From an uncultured cyanobacterium (lineage in GTDB: Bacteria; Cyanobacteriota; Cyanobacteriia; Cyanobacteriales; Cyanobacteriaceae): DNA of 64,000 nt. The DNA lies in assembly GCA_963749915.1 (NCBI GenBank), contig CAVVOP010000021.1, forward strand, positions 512,001 through 576,000, given 5' to 3'. Positions 39,073 through 49,256 of the stretch are shown here, piece after piece. Numbering within the stretch: position 1 is the stretch's first letter; each line of letters begins with the position of its first letter. The translations under genes and the position numbers were made by a program. The notes under the pieces were generated by a model, which saw nothing but the letters and a program-made list of their open reading frames with translations, was not told the DNA's origin and ran no database searches.

Positions 39073-40545
39073 ATGGTTGCCACAGCAAAATCAAAAACCT
39101 TTAGCCAAGTTAACTTTTACCTTCCCCCTATCTGCGGTGCTGAAGCAAAAATATCAGCTTTAGTCAATAATAATGACCCTGTATATTTACTTAATACTAA
39201 CCTAAAATTAGATCAGATAAAATCCGGATTTGCCTGCGCCTTACATATGCACCAACCCACCATTCCTGCGGGAGAAAATGGGGCATTAATCTGCAATTTA
39301 CAGCAGATGTTCAACAATCCAGGGGATGGGGATAATCATAACGCCGGTGTTTTTGCATGGTGTTATAGTCGCATGGGTGAATTTATCCCTCAATTAGTCG
39401 CCGATGGTTGCAACCCTCGCATAATGTTAGATTACTCAGGTAACTTGCTTTGGGGTTTACAGCAAATGGGGCGTAATGACATCCTCGACAACCTCAAAAA
39501 AATTGCTTGCGATCGCCAATATCAGCCTTATGTAGAATGGTTAGGAACAATGTGGTCTCATGCGGTAGCACCTTCCACCCCCATCCCCGACCTAAAATTG
39601 CAGATTCAAGCATGGCAACATCATTTCGCCTCCATTTTTGGGGAGGAAGCCTTATCACGGGTTAAAGGTTTTTCGCCACCAGAAATGCACCTTCCTAACC
39701 ATCCCGACACCCTCTATGAGTATATTAAAGCCCTCAAAGATTGCGGTTATCGTTGGTTGTTAGTACAAGAGCATACGGTTGAGTGTCCCGACGGTTCAGG
39801 ATTACATCATGAGCAAAAATATATCCCTAATCGTTTAGTTGCCAAGAATTCCAAGGGTGAAACTACTAGTATTACTGCGTTGATTAAAACTCAAGGCTCA
39901 GATACTAAATTAGTAGCACAAATGCAACCTTATCATGAAGCTAAAACTCTTGGAAGACAAGAAATTGCTGGTATTTCTGTGCCTTCTTGCGTCAGTCAAA
40001 TTGCTGATGGCGAAAACGGGGGCGTGATGATGAATGAGTTTCCTCGTGGTTTCCAACCTCTTTGGTACGATCTTAAAGATGGTAGTAAAGTTGTAGGCTT
40101 TAATGGTACAGAGTATATTGAGTTAATCGAAGCCTCGGGAGTTAAACCCGAAGATTATCCTGTGTGTCAACCCGTTGGACAACACAAAATCTGGGCCAAA
40201 GTCGGCGATAATCTCACCCCCGCAACAGTAGAAAGTGCCATCGCCGATCTCAATCAAAATGATCATCAATTCCACATGGATGGGGCATCATGGACAAACG
40301 ATTTAAGTTGGGTAAAAGGTTATGAGAATGTCCTCGAACCGATGAACAAGTTAAGTGCAATGTTTCATCAAAAATACGATCGTTTAGTGGCGGAAGATCC
40401 CACAGTAACACAACGACCTGATTATCAAGAAGCCTTACTATATAATCTCTTAGTACAAACAAGCTGTTTCCGTTATTGGGGGCAAGGAACATGGACTGAT
40501 TACGCCCGTGAATTATATCGTCGTGGCGAGGAACTTTGTAAATAG
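39073..40545 (+). CDS. Glycoside hydrolase family 57-like protein
   Basis: LHMHQP, GFSPPEM, DGEN motifs. Confidence 0.85.
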   Translation: MVATAKSKTFSQVNFYLPPICGAEAKISALVNNNDPVYLLNTNLKLDQIKSGFACALHMHQPTIPAGENGALICNLQQMFNNPGDGDNHNAGVFAWCYSRMGEFIPQLVADGCNPRIMLDYSGNLLWGLQQMGRNDILDNLKKIACDRQYQPYVEWLGTMWSHAVAPSTPIPDLKLQIQAWQHHFASIFGEEALSRVKGFSPPEMHLPNHPDTLYEYIKALKDCGYRWLLVQEHTVECPDGSGLHHEQKYIPNRLVAKNSKGETTSITALIKTQGSDTKLVAQMQPYHEAKTLGRQEIAGISVPSCVSQIADGENGGVMMNEFPRGFQPLWYDLKDGSKVVGFNGTEYIELIEASGVKPEDYPVCQPVGQHKIWAKVGDNLTPATVESAIADLNQNDHQFHMDGASWTNDLSWVKGYENVLEPMNKLSAMFHQKYDRLVAEDPTVTQRPDYQEALLYNLLVQTSCFRYWGQGTWTDYARELYRRGEELCK

Positions 40546-40549
40546 TTAA

Positions 40550-40647
40550 TAGACTTCTTGCAAAACTCAGGGAATGGAGAATAGGCAATAATTATTAAAA
40601 TTGATAATTTCCTGCTTATATTTGATTCTAATTTTGCAAAGGGTCTA
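40550..40647. mobile_element. MITE (98 bp), same terminal repeat family as 6714-6845
   Basis: TAGACTTCTTGCAAAA ... TTTTGCAAAGGGTCTA. Confidence 0.78.
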
Positions 40648-40657
40648 ATATTAACAA

Positions 40658-41185
40658 TTAACAATTAAAATCTGATTCTAATTCTTGAAGTAAAGTTTCT
40701 ATTTCTGCGGTAGTGATTACATTTACTTGTTTTGGAGGCATTAGATGTAGAATGGTATTATCCTGTATAACTGTCGCCAATTCCTTGTCTGCCATGGTTT
40801 CTGGGTGAAAATATTTTAAGAAAAATGTCAAGGTTTCCTCTTTTATAAATCCTTTTAACACAGCTAAAGAACCGAATTTTACTCCCCCTTTTTTTTGTTC
40901 ATTAAGAACAACATTAATCTCATTTTCTGTTAATAAACCTGCTTGTAAAAAATAATTACCAATTTGTTTTCTCTGATTTTCCTTAACTAATGTTTTGAAC
41001 TTGTCCCCAAAAAAATCCGCTGTTAACGGAGAAATCCAACCGTGAAGAGCTAAAATCTCTCCCAATTTTAAATTATCATGAACAGCTTGTTCCATTAAGG
41101 CGACTTGAACTTGTCCTGAATGAATTAGTCCTGCCTCTCGCAAAATCTCCCCTATCGGTTTAATAATTAAAGTATCTTTCCCCAT
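40658..41185 (-). CDS. Hypothetical protein with repeated MshEN/GspE-N-like motifs
   Basis: PIGEILREAGLI, KLGEILALHGWI, QIGNYFLQAGLL, KFGSLAVLKGFI. Confidence 0.75.
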   Translation of the reverse strand: MGKDTLIIKPIGEILREAGLIHSGQVQVALMEQAVHDNLKLGEILALHGWISPLTADFFGDKFKTLVKENQRKQIGNYFLQAGLLTENEINVVLNEQKKGGVKFGSLAVLKGFIKEETLTFFLKYFHPETMADKELATVIQDNTILHLMPPKQVNVITTAEIETLLQELESDFNC

Positions 41186-41307
41186 GAAAACCTTCCTGAA
41201 ATTTTTTTGATAATTACAAGACTACTAAGATTATAGCCAAAAATATGAATTTTAAGGTGATAGAATCAGAATAATTTTAAGATTAAGGTGCATCTTTTTT
41301 CTGAATC

Positions 41308-42354
41308 ATGATCAATTTTTTCCCCACTGTACAACAAAAACTCTTCACTCCGTTAAAAATTGGCTCAGTAACTATTAACAGTCGAGTGTTACAATCCCCC
41401 TTGTCAGGGGTAACAGATTTAGTCTTTCGCCGTTTAGTTAGACGTTATGCACCTCTATCCATGATCTATACAGAGATGGTAAACGCCACAGAAATTAACC
41501 ACCTTGAACAACTTCCTCGATTAATGGAAATTGATCCTGATGAACAACCTATTAGTATTCAATTGTTTGACTGTCGGGCCGATTTTATGGCACAGGCGGC
41601 GGAAAAAGCGGTCAAGGAAGGGGCGAAAACCATTGATATTAATATGGGCTGTCCTGTAAATAAGATTACCAAAAAAGGGGGCGGATCTCGTTTATTACGT
41701 CAACCAGACATTGCCGAAGCCATTGTCAAAGAAGTAAAACAGGCTGTAAATGTACCTGTAACGGTGAAAACTCGTCTCGGTTGGAATGATAAGGAAATCA
41801 ATATTATTGAATTTGCCAAAAAAATGGAAGACGCAGGGGCAAGTATGATAACTGTACATGGACGTACCCGTGACCAAGGTTATACAGGTAGAGCCCGATG
41901 GGATATAATCTCTCAAGTAAAGGAAAATTTAGCTATTCCTGTTATTGCCAATGGTGATATTTTTTCTGTGGAAGATGCCATTCGTTGTCTAGAAATTACC
42001 AACGCCGATGGGGTCATGTGTTCCCGTGGTACTTTAGGTTATCCTTTTCTAGTGGGAGAAATCGACTATTTTCTAAAAACTGGTAATTTACCCACCTATC
42101 CAACGATAAAAGAACTTTTAGATTGTGCGAAAGAGCATTTAATCGGTTTGTGGGATTATAAGGGGCAAAAAGGCATTTTTCAAGCACGGAAACATCTAGC
42201 ATGGTATTGTAAAGGTTTTAGTGGTGCGGCGGAATTACGAGATCAATGTTCCCGTATCAATAGCGTTGAGGAAGGGTTAGATTTAATTAATAACGCACAA
42301 TTAAAAATAAACAACGAACAAACAATGAGGGATTATATTATTTGTACAACATAA
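41308..42354 (+). CDS. dusB: tRNA-dihydrouridine synthase B
   Basis: PLSGVTD, IDINMGCP, VTVKTRLGW, HGRT, IANGD. Confidence 0.94.
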   Translation: MINFFPTVQQKLFTPLKIGSVTINSRVLQSPLSGVTDLVFRRLVRRYAPLSMIYTEMVNATEINHLEQLPRLMEIDPDEQPISIQLFDCRADFMAQAAEKAVKEGAKTIDINMGCPVNKITKKGGGSRLLRQPDIAEAIVKEVKQAVNVPVTVKTRLGWNDKEINIIEFAKKMEDAGASMITVHGRTRDQGYTGRARWDIISQVKENLAIPVIANGDIFSVEDAIRCLEITNADGVMCSRGTLGYPFLVGEIDYFLKTGNLPTYPTIKELLDCAKEHLIGLWDYKGQKGIFQARKHLAWYCKGFSGAAELRDQCSRINSVEEGLDLINNAQLKINNEQTMRDYIICTT

Positions 42355-42453
42355 TTTCTTACTTATTGATTATTGATTATTGATTATTTAATCGAGAATT
42401 GAGATCCTGAGCTAAGATCAAAAGAATGATAAATTCAATAGCATTTTTAAGAT

Positions 42454-43371
42454 ATGACAGAATCAATCTTCTATTCTTCTTATCCTCAATCCGAGGTTTC
42501 CTGCCAACCCCTTAAATGGATTCGTTGGTTAGTCTGGAAAATTGCCCTCGCAACTCTGGCTTTAATGGCTATTGGTGCGGCTACAAGGGTTATGAATGCT
42601 GGATTAGCTTGTCCTGATTGGCCTTTATGCTATGGTCAGGTTATACCCACTCAACAAATGAATTTACAAGTATTTTTGGAGTGGTTTCACCGTCTCGATG
42701 CGGCGTTAATTGGTTCAAGTACGATCGTCTTAGTGGCTTTATCTTGGTGGCATAAAGCAAAATTACCATCATGGTTACCTTGGGGAAGTAGTTTTGCCCT
42801 AAGTTTAATCATTTTTCAAGGTATTTTAGGGGGATTAACTGTCACCCAATTACTACGATTTGATATTGTTACGGCCCATTTAGGTACAGCTTTACTATTT
42901 TGGGGCACTCTAGTAGCGATCGCCAGTAACTTAACACCCTATCAGGGTAATGCCACCGTTGGCAAATTAACTGTAGTCAGTATCACCGCTACTATCTTAG
43001 TTTATCTCCAATGTTTATTAGGGGGTTTAGTCGCCTCTCGTTGGGCTTTGCATCAATGTTTTACGGGTAATCAACTCTGTTTGGTAATGAATAGTCATAT
43101 CATCGGCGTTTTTCCGGCGACAATTGCCTGTTTAACATTAGTAATTCTAGCATGGAAAACCCCAGCATTAACCGTTAAACTTAGGAATTTAACTAAATAT
43201 ATCGGTTTAATGGTTATAAGTCAAATATTACTTGGCATTGCTACTTTTTATCTTCATTTACAAGTAGAAACCCTTACCGTAGCCCATCATACAATGGGGG
43301 CGGCACTGTTCGGAATTTTAATCGCTTTTAGTGTTTTTGCAGGAAAAGATGGTCAATTAGTGAATCAGTAA
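42454..43371 (+). CDS. ctaA: Heme A synthase
   Basis: AGLACPDWPLC, EWFHR, QGILGGLTV, TAHLG. Confidence 0.93.
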   Translation: MTESIFYSSYPQSEVSCQPLKWIRWLVWKIALATLALMAIGAATRVMNAGLACPDWPLCYGQVIPTQQMNLQVFLEWFHRLDAALIGSSTIVLVALSWWHKAKLPSWLPWGSSFALSLIIFQGILGGLTVTQLLRFDIVTAHLGTALLFWGTLVAIASNLTPYQGNATVGKLTVVSITATILVYLQCLLGGLVASRWALHQCFTGNQLCLVMNSHIIGVFPATIACLTLVILAWKTPALTVKLRNLTKYIGLMVISQILLGIATFYLHLQVETLTVAHHTMGAALFGILIAFSVFAGKDGQLVNQ

Positions 43372-43452
43372 ATAGTAATCCAGTTAACTTTTTGATCTCA
43401 ATCCTGAGATATACCTTTAAGCATCACATCATTATTTTATTTAACAATTACC

Positions 43453-44391
43453 ATGATCGGATCTAGTATCTCACCCCGTAACGAAAATTTTGGGCAAGTA
43501 ATCCAAAGCTATTATCAATTAACTAAACCGCGCATTATTCCCTTACTCTTAATTACTACCGCCGCTTCCATGTTTATGGCTTCCGAGGGTAATATCGATC
43601 CGTTTTTACTAATTATGACTTTACTAGGAGGTTCTTTAGCCGCCGCTTCTGCGCAAACCTTTAACTGTGTTTATGATCAAGATATTGATTATGACATGAA
43701 AAGAACCAGAAAACGCCCCATTCCTTCAGGAAAAGTACAGTCTAACCATGCTATTATTTTCGGTATTATTTTAGGAATCCTATCTTTTTCCTTACTGGGG
43801 ATTTGGGTAAACCTACTTTCCGCCTTACTCACCATGTCAGGCATCGTCTTCTATATGTTAATTTATACCCACTGGTTAAAACGTCACACCACTCAAAATA
43901 TCGTCATCGGAGGTGCGGCGGGTGCAATACCTCCCCTTGTGGGTTGGGCGGCAGTTACAGGAGATTTAAGCTGGAGTGCGTGGGCGATTTTTACCCTGAT
44001 ATTTTTATGGACGCCGCCTCATTTTTGGGCATTAGCCTTGATGATTTCTGATGATTATGCGGAAGTAGGAGTGCCGATGTTACCCGTTATCGAAGGTGCA
44101 TCTAATACTGTTAAACAAATTTGGATTTACACCCTCATCACCGTTGCTTTTAGCTTCGTTTTGATTTATCCATTACATAGTCTCGGTTTTGTTTATTTTG
44201 GTTTCGCGATGGTTTTAGGTCTTAGTTTTATTCTTAAGGCATGGCAATTATTACAACAACCTGAAGATAAAGAATTGGCAAAATCCATGTTTAAGTATTC
44301 TATTCTTTACATGATGCTTTTATGTACAGGAATAGTCATTGATACTTTACCTAGTATTCATCAATTAACCGGTTTTTTCCCCATTAATTAA
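43453..44391 (+). CDS. ctaB: Protoheme IX farnesyltransferase (heme O synthase)
   Basis: LTKPRII, DIDYDMKRT.KRP, NIVIGGAAGA, WTPPHFWALA. Confidence 0.95.
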   Translation: MIGSSISPRNENFGQVIQSYYQLTKPRIIPLLLITTAASMFMASEGNIDPFLLIMTLLGGSLAAASAQTFNCVYDQDIDYDMKRTRKRPIPSGKVQSNHAIIFGIILGILSFSLLGIWVNLLSALLTMSGIVFYMLIYTHWLKRHTTQNIVIGGAAGAIPPLVGWAAVTGDLSWSAWAIFTLIFLWTPPHFWALALMISDDYAEVGVPMLPVIEGASNTVKQIWIYTLITVAFSFVLIYPLHSLGFVYFGFAMVLGLSFILKAWQLLQQPEDKELAKSMFKYSILYMMLLCTGIVIDTLPSIHQLTGFFPIN

Positions 44392-44552
44392 CTCCCTAAA
44401 TATTCTCCTCTCGCCTTCTGGGAGGAGAATTTGGTCTACTATACTCGAGATTAATTTGATTGTAGGATTGTAACTGTGTAAATTATGTCAAATTCAAAAA
44501 TTTTGTTTGAGTAATTAAAACATATTAAAATAATAAGAAATCAATAAAAATT

Positions 44553-45305
44553 ATGACCAATTTAACCCCTATTCCTGACATAGAATTATTATCAACAGAA
44601 TTACCACCAACAGATTTAATTTATGATGATGGGGAACCAATGGAAAGTAATCAGCACCGCATTGCGATGAACACCCTGATTGATTCTCTGGAAAACTCAT
44701 TAATGAAACAGAGAAATGACTTTTTTGTGGGTGGTAATATGTTTATTTATTATAGTGCCATTCAAGCCAAAAACAGAGATTTTAGAGGACCAGATTTTTT
44801 TCTAGTTTTAGATACAAACTTTGATAATTCTCGTAAGGCATGGGTAGTGTGGAATGAAAATGGTCGTTATCCCGATGTAGTTATTGAATTAATGTCCCCA
44901 TCCACTGCGGACATAGATAAGGGTGAAAAGAAATATATTTATGAAAAAATTTTTAAAACTAGGGAATATTATGTTTTTGACCCTTTTGATCGTAATTCGT
45001 TACAAGGGTGGCGTTTAAATGAAGAAATGAAGTATCAAGAAATAGTCCCCAATGAAAAAGGTTGGCTTTTATGTCAAAGCGTTAATTTATGGTTAGGTCC
45101 TTGGGAAGGGGTTATTAACAGGGAAAAAGCCCATTGGCTCAGATTTTATGAGCAAAATGGAAATGTTGTTCTCCTACCGGCGGAGGAAGCTCAATTAGAA
45201 GCTCAACAAGCCCAACTAGAAGCTCAACAAGCTCAACAAAAATTAGGGCTTTTAGCCGCTCGATTGCGGGAGTTGGGGGAAAATCCAGAAGACTATCTCC
45301 CATAG
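44553..45305 (+). CDS. Uma2 family endonuclease-like protein
   Basis: DDGEPMES, FRGPDFF, PDVVIELMSPST..IDKGEK, EYYVFDP; coiled-coil tail. Confidence 0.92.
   Translation: MTNLTPIPDIELLSTELPPTDLIYDDGEPMESNQHRIAMNTLIDSLENSLMKQRNDFFVGGNMFIYYSAIQAKNRDFRGPDFFLVLDTNFDNSRKAWVVWNENGRYPDVVIELMSPSTADIDKGEKKYIYEKIFKTREYYVFDPFDRNSLQGWRLNEEMKYQEIVPNEKGWLLCQSVNLWLGPWEGVINREKAHWLRFYEQNGNVVLLPAEEAQLEAQQAQLEAQQAQQKLGLLAARLRELGENPEDYLP
45189..45239 (+). repeat. In-frame 21-bp tandem repeat (AQLEAQQ x2 plus partial) in the Uma2 tail
   Basis: GCTCAATTAGAAGCTCAACAA GCCCAACTAGAAGCTCAACAA GCTCAACAA. Confidence 0.85.
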
Positions 45306-45333
45306 AAAATATTATTTTATTCCCTTATTAATC

Positions 45334-46800
45334 ATGAAAATAAAATTACAAAAATTATGGCAATGGCTAGGATTTAGTTTCGTCACCATCGCCTTGATTA
45401 TTACCACTCATAATGTTGCTTTTGCCGAGGTTTCTCCCAGTTATAAAAATTTACAATATCCTCCTTTACCGGAAATTCAATTACCAGAATATGAGCGTTA
45501 TCAACTTAATAATGGTATGGTGATTTATCTTGTGGAAGATCATCGATTACCCTTGATTAGTGGTAATGCTATAATTCGCACAGGATCAAGATTTGAACCT
45601 TTAACTCAAGTGGGTTTAGCTGATTTGACAGGGGATTTGATGCGTCTTGGGGGTACTAAAAATCACACTCCTGAACAATTAAACTATATTTTGGAACAAA
45701 AAGCTTCTGCTATTGAAACCTCTATTAATACAACTTCAGGTAGTGCTAGTTTTGCTTCTCTCCGTTATGATTTAGATACGGTTTTTCCTCTTTTCGCTGA
45801 AGTTTTACAATCCCCCGTATTTGATGAGCAACAATTAAGCTTACAACAGACTAAAACAAAAGGTGCGATCGCCAGAAGAAATGATAACCCCGGACAAATA
45901 GCGAGTCGAGAATTTGCCAAACTAATATATGGTGATAATAGTCCTTATGCCCGTACCGTTGAATATAAAACTTTAAACAATATTAGTCGTGAAGATTTAG
46001 TTAGTTTTTATAGTAAATATATTCGCCCTGATAATATTATCTTGGGGATAGTAGGGGATTTTGACACCGCACAAATGAAGTCATTAATCGAAAAAACCTT
46101 CGGTAATTGGCAAGTAAAAACCCCTTCTCCGAATTTAAAAATTGCCCCTCCTCAACAACAAAAAACAGGAGGAATTTATATTGTCGATCAACCCCAACTA
46201 ACTCAAAGTAATATTTTATTAGGTCATTTAAGCGGTAAAAAAGATGATCCTAATTATGGCACGTTAAGCGTTATTAACGGTATTTTGAACGGTTTTGGCG
46301 GCAGACTATATAATGAAATCCGCTCCAGTCAAGGATTAGCTTATTCGGTATATGGTGTCTGGAGAGGAAATTATGACTATCCGGGGGTGTTTGTAGCCGG
46401 AGGACAAACAAAAAGTGAAACTACCACCCAATTTATTAAGTCGGTGGCGGTCGAAATTGAGCGTTTACGGACTCAACCCGTTACCCAGGAAGAATTAGAT
46501 TATGCAAAAGATTCAATTCTAAATTCTTTCGTATTTCAATTTCAAGATCCCTCTCAAACCCTATCCCGTTTAATGACTTACGAATATTTTGGCTATCCCA
46601 CTAACTTCATTTTTGACTATCAAAAGGCGGTAAAAAATACCACCATTGAGGATGTGTTGAGAGTTGCACAAGAATATTTACACCCCGATCGCATTGTCAC
46701 TTTAATAGTAGGCAATGAAGAAGCGGTTAAACAAGATTTAGCCAATCTTCAGCAAAAAATTATCAGTGTTGATGTGACAATTCCCGAACCTTCTACTTAA
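45334..46800 (+). CDS. M16 (pitrilysin-like) peptidase family protein, non-catalytic type
   Basis: LNNGMVIYLVEDHRLP, RLYNEIRSSQGLAYSV; no HXXEH seen. Confidence 0.88.
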   Translation: MKIKLQKLWQWLGFSFVTIALIITTHNVAFAEVSPSYKNLQYPPLPEIQLPEYERYQLNNGMVIYLVEDHRLPLISGNAIIRTGSRFEPLTQVGLADLTGDLMRLGGTKNHTPEQLNYILEQKASAIETSINTTSGSASFASLRYDLDTVFPLFAEVLQSPVFDEQQLSLQQTKTKGAIARRNDNPGQIASREFAKLIYGDNSPYARTVEYKTLNNISREDLVSFYSKYIRPDNIILGIVGDFDTAQMKSLIEKTFGNWQVKTPSPNLKIAPPQQQKTGGIYIVDQPQLTQSNILLGHLSGKKDDPNYGTLSVINGILNGFGGRLYNEIRSSQGLAYSVYGVWRGNYDYPGVFVAGGQTKSETTTQFIKSVAVEIERLRTQPVTQEELDYAKDSILNSFVFQFQDPSQTLSRLMTYEYFGYPTNFIFDYQKAVKNTTIEDVLRVAQEYLHPDRIVTLIVGNEEAVKQDLANLQQKIISVDVTIPEPST

Positions 46801-46885
46801 ATCTTATGGCAAATTTAAAATATATTAGTGGGGTACAATATTGAGAATCATTTATCTTATTTATTTTGAAATTTAATTTATAATT

Positions 46886-47428
46886 ATGTGGCGTAAAATT
46901 CCCTTAGCATTAGTAGGTTTAACCATTGGTTCAATTTTGACAGTAATAGGATTTGTTGCCTATGCCATCGGTAACTCTACCTTAAATTTAGCCGGTTTTT
47001 TCTATGGAATACCCCTATTATTGGGAGGATTAGCCTTAAAAGCCGCTGAATTAAAACCCATTCCTTTTGCGGCCGAAACCCCTCCAGAAGTCCTAGCTTT
47101 GAGGAAAGAAAAAGCTACCGATACTCAAAATCAATTACGCAATGATGTAACTCGTTATCGTTACGGACAGGAAGCTCATTTAGATGAGGCCTTACAGCGT
47201 CTTGATTTAAGTCCAACGGATGATGAAAGACCAATTTTAACTAAAATAAAAGAAGCGAATATTAACGATAATTATGCCCTAATTTTATACTTTGACTCCC
47301 CTCTTATTAGTTTTGAAACTTGGCAGGAAAGACAGGAAAAAATCACTAAATTTTTTGGTCCGGGTATCACCGCCGAAATTTCCCAATGTGAGGACAATGA
47401 GATTGAATTAGCTTTGATTTCTGTGTAA
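46886..47428 (+). CDS. DUF2854-like membrane protein
   Basis: GFFYGIPLLLGGLALKAAELKP, DVTRYRYGQEAHLD. Confidence 0.8.
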   Translation: MWRKIPLALVGLTIGSILTVIGFVAYAIGNSTLNLAGFFYGIPLLLGGLALKAAELKPIPFAAETPPEVLALRKEKATDTQNQLRNDVTRYRYGQEAHLDEALQRLDLSPTDDERPILTKIKEANINDNYALILYFDSPLISFETWQERQEKITKFFGPGITAEISQCEDNEIELALISV

Positions 47429-47462
47429 AAAAAAGGCACTTAACTATTTATAATAATTGGAA

Positions 47463-47492
47463 AAGGGTTAGGAAATCGACACTCCTACCCTT
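47463..47492. terminator. Hairpin between convergent genes
   Basis: AAGGGTTAGGA...TCCTACCCTT. Confidence 0.5.
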
Positions 47493-47503
47493 GAAAATTA
47501 AGT

Positions 47504-49156
47504 TTAATCAATTTGTAAAACTAATTGACCAAAACCGAATTTTTTACTATCTATTAATTCACCATAGAATAAATGTAAAATATCTTTTTGTTGAGGATTC
47601 CCACGAGATGAACCTTTTGCACCCATAGCGATAATAATGCCGCAATAACCCGAAAACTTAGCTACATCTTCTTGCCAAATTTTGAATTGTCTCTTAAAAC
47701 TATCATCTTCATCATCCTGCTCAATTTGGGCGAAAATATAGAAACTTTCTTCTTTAGTTTGTAAAATACCGAGAGAATAATTTATTTCTTTATAGGGATC
47801 ATAACCTTCATTAAAAGTTAAATTGATAACCCCTTCTTCTTCTTTTAGTGTCTCGATAATTAGTTGAGCTTTCGGGCGAGTCGTTTGTAAAATAATTACC
47901 GGAAAAAATGATTTAGAGGCTTTATTCTTAATTTTTTCAAAGGTTTTTAAAGGAATATTACTATAGGATTTATCTTGTACACTATTAAATAAATAACTCT
48001 CAATTTTATCCAAAGAAAATAACGTATCCTGTGGGATTAAAGTGTCATTAATTTCGGGAGAATCGTCTTCATCTTCTTCCTCGTCATCAAAATCAAAATC
48101 ATCATCGTCGCCATCCAAAATATCATTCAATTCCTGAGTCAATTCTGGGGTAGTGGAAACACTTATTTTTAAGGATGAATCCTCCGAAGGCACATTTAAA
48201 GTGTAATCTCGACTGATAAAATCTATTTCTTCCTCCGACAACTCCTCTTCACATTCACGCAGAAATCTGCCCAACGCTTGTATAGCTAAATAAATAGGAT
48301 AAACTTCTTCTTCTTCTCTAAGAGGTCTAATACCTTCGTAAGGGTGAATACTGCCAAAAATAGGACTGACATCACTTTCTAAAAAGTTGTCCCAGTTTGA
48401 TGATGGATTTTCTTCCTCTCCTTGAGAAAAATTTACAAACCAACAATCTTGTTGCATAAAAATGGCTTCTAACTCTCCTTCATCGGCGGAATCCGATAAA
48501 TCGACAACTTGTTGACGGAATTTTTTCATAGAATCTAAAGAACGATATAAAATCACTCCAAATTCCTGTCCCAACATGCCCATGACACAAGCATAAAGAC
48601 TTTCAACATTCCAATGATTAATTTCGATTTTAATTATTTCTTCTTCTGACAGCAAATGCCAAGGTTGTTGATCCCAAATTTCTGATAAAGCTATTTTGTC
48701 TAAGGCCTCTAACAATTCCGGCTCAATATTTCCAGTAGTCACCGTTTGCAGACTCTGAAAATTTTGCCATAACTCATCTAAAATAGGCAATTCTGACTGA
48801 TAATCAACAACAATATCTAAACCTTGTAATGCACCCCGTAAGAAAAACTGTAACTGTCTATCTCTGACCACAATTTTCTGTGGACGGGCCGGTTGTGCCG
48901 GATTCTGGGGGCTTTCGATGGCCTTTAATAATGTTCTTACCATGGCTTCTGGTCCTGTTTTCGATGCCATTACATCCATTGAGCGTACAAAACCCTCTGT
49001 ACCATCTACCCAAATAATACATTCACCATTATCTGCTAAATCTGGCTCAAGATTTTCCATCATACCTGTAATTGAACGGCGATCGCCTTCCCACACATGG
49101 GGAATTTGGGGAAGACGTTGTAATCTGTGTTTTGTGGTTTCTGGTAAGGAAGTCAT
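47504..49156 (-). CDS. Conserved cyanobacterial hypothetical protein (acidic)
   Basis: 550-aa ORF; VWEGDRR, PARPQKIVVRDR, VMGMLGQEFG, FGSIHPYEG. Confidence 0.8.
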   Translation of the reverse strand: MTSLPETTKHRLQRLPQIPHVWEGDRRSITGMMENLEPDLADNGECIIWVDGTEGFVRSMDVMASKTGPEAMVRTLLKAIESPQNPAQPARPQKIVVRDRQLQFFLRGALQGLDIVVDYQSELPILDELWQNFQSLQTVTTGNIEPELLEALDKIALSEIWDQQPWHLLSEEEIIKIEINHWNVESLYACVMGMLGQEFGVILYRSLDSMKKFRQQVVDLSDSADEGELEAIFMQQDCWFVNFSQGEEENPSSNWDNFLESDVSPIFGSIHPYEGIRPLREEEEVYPIYLAIQALGRFLRECEEELSEEEIDFISRDYTLNVPSEDSSLKISVSTTPELTQELNDILDGDDDDFDFDDEEEDEDDSPEINDTLIPQDTLFSLDKIESYLFNSVQDKSYSNIPLKTFEKIKNKASKSFFPVIILQTTRPKAQLIIETLKEEEGVINLTFNEGYDPYKEINYSLGILQTKEESFYIFAQIEQDDEDDSFKRQFKIWQEDVAKFSGYCGIIIAMGAKGSSRGNPQQKDILHLFYGELIDSKKFGFGQLVLQID

Positions 49157-49256
49157 TTAGCAATTAACAATGAACAATGAATAATGAAGAAAGAAAAGAG
49201 GCAAAAGGTTAATTTTCTCGTGGCCCTCTGATCTTAAGCGTCTATTTCTTTATTCC

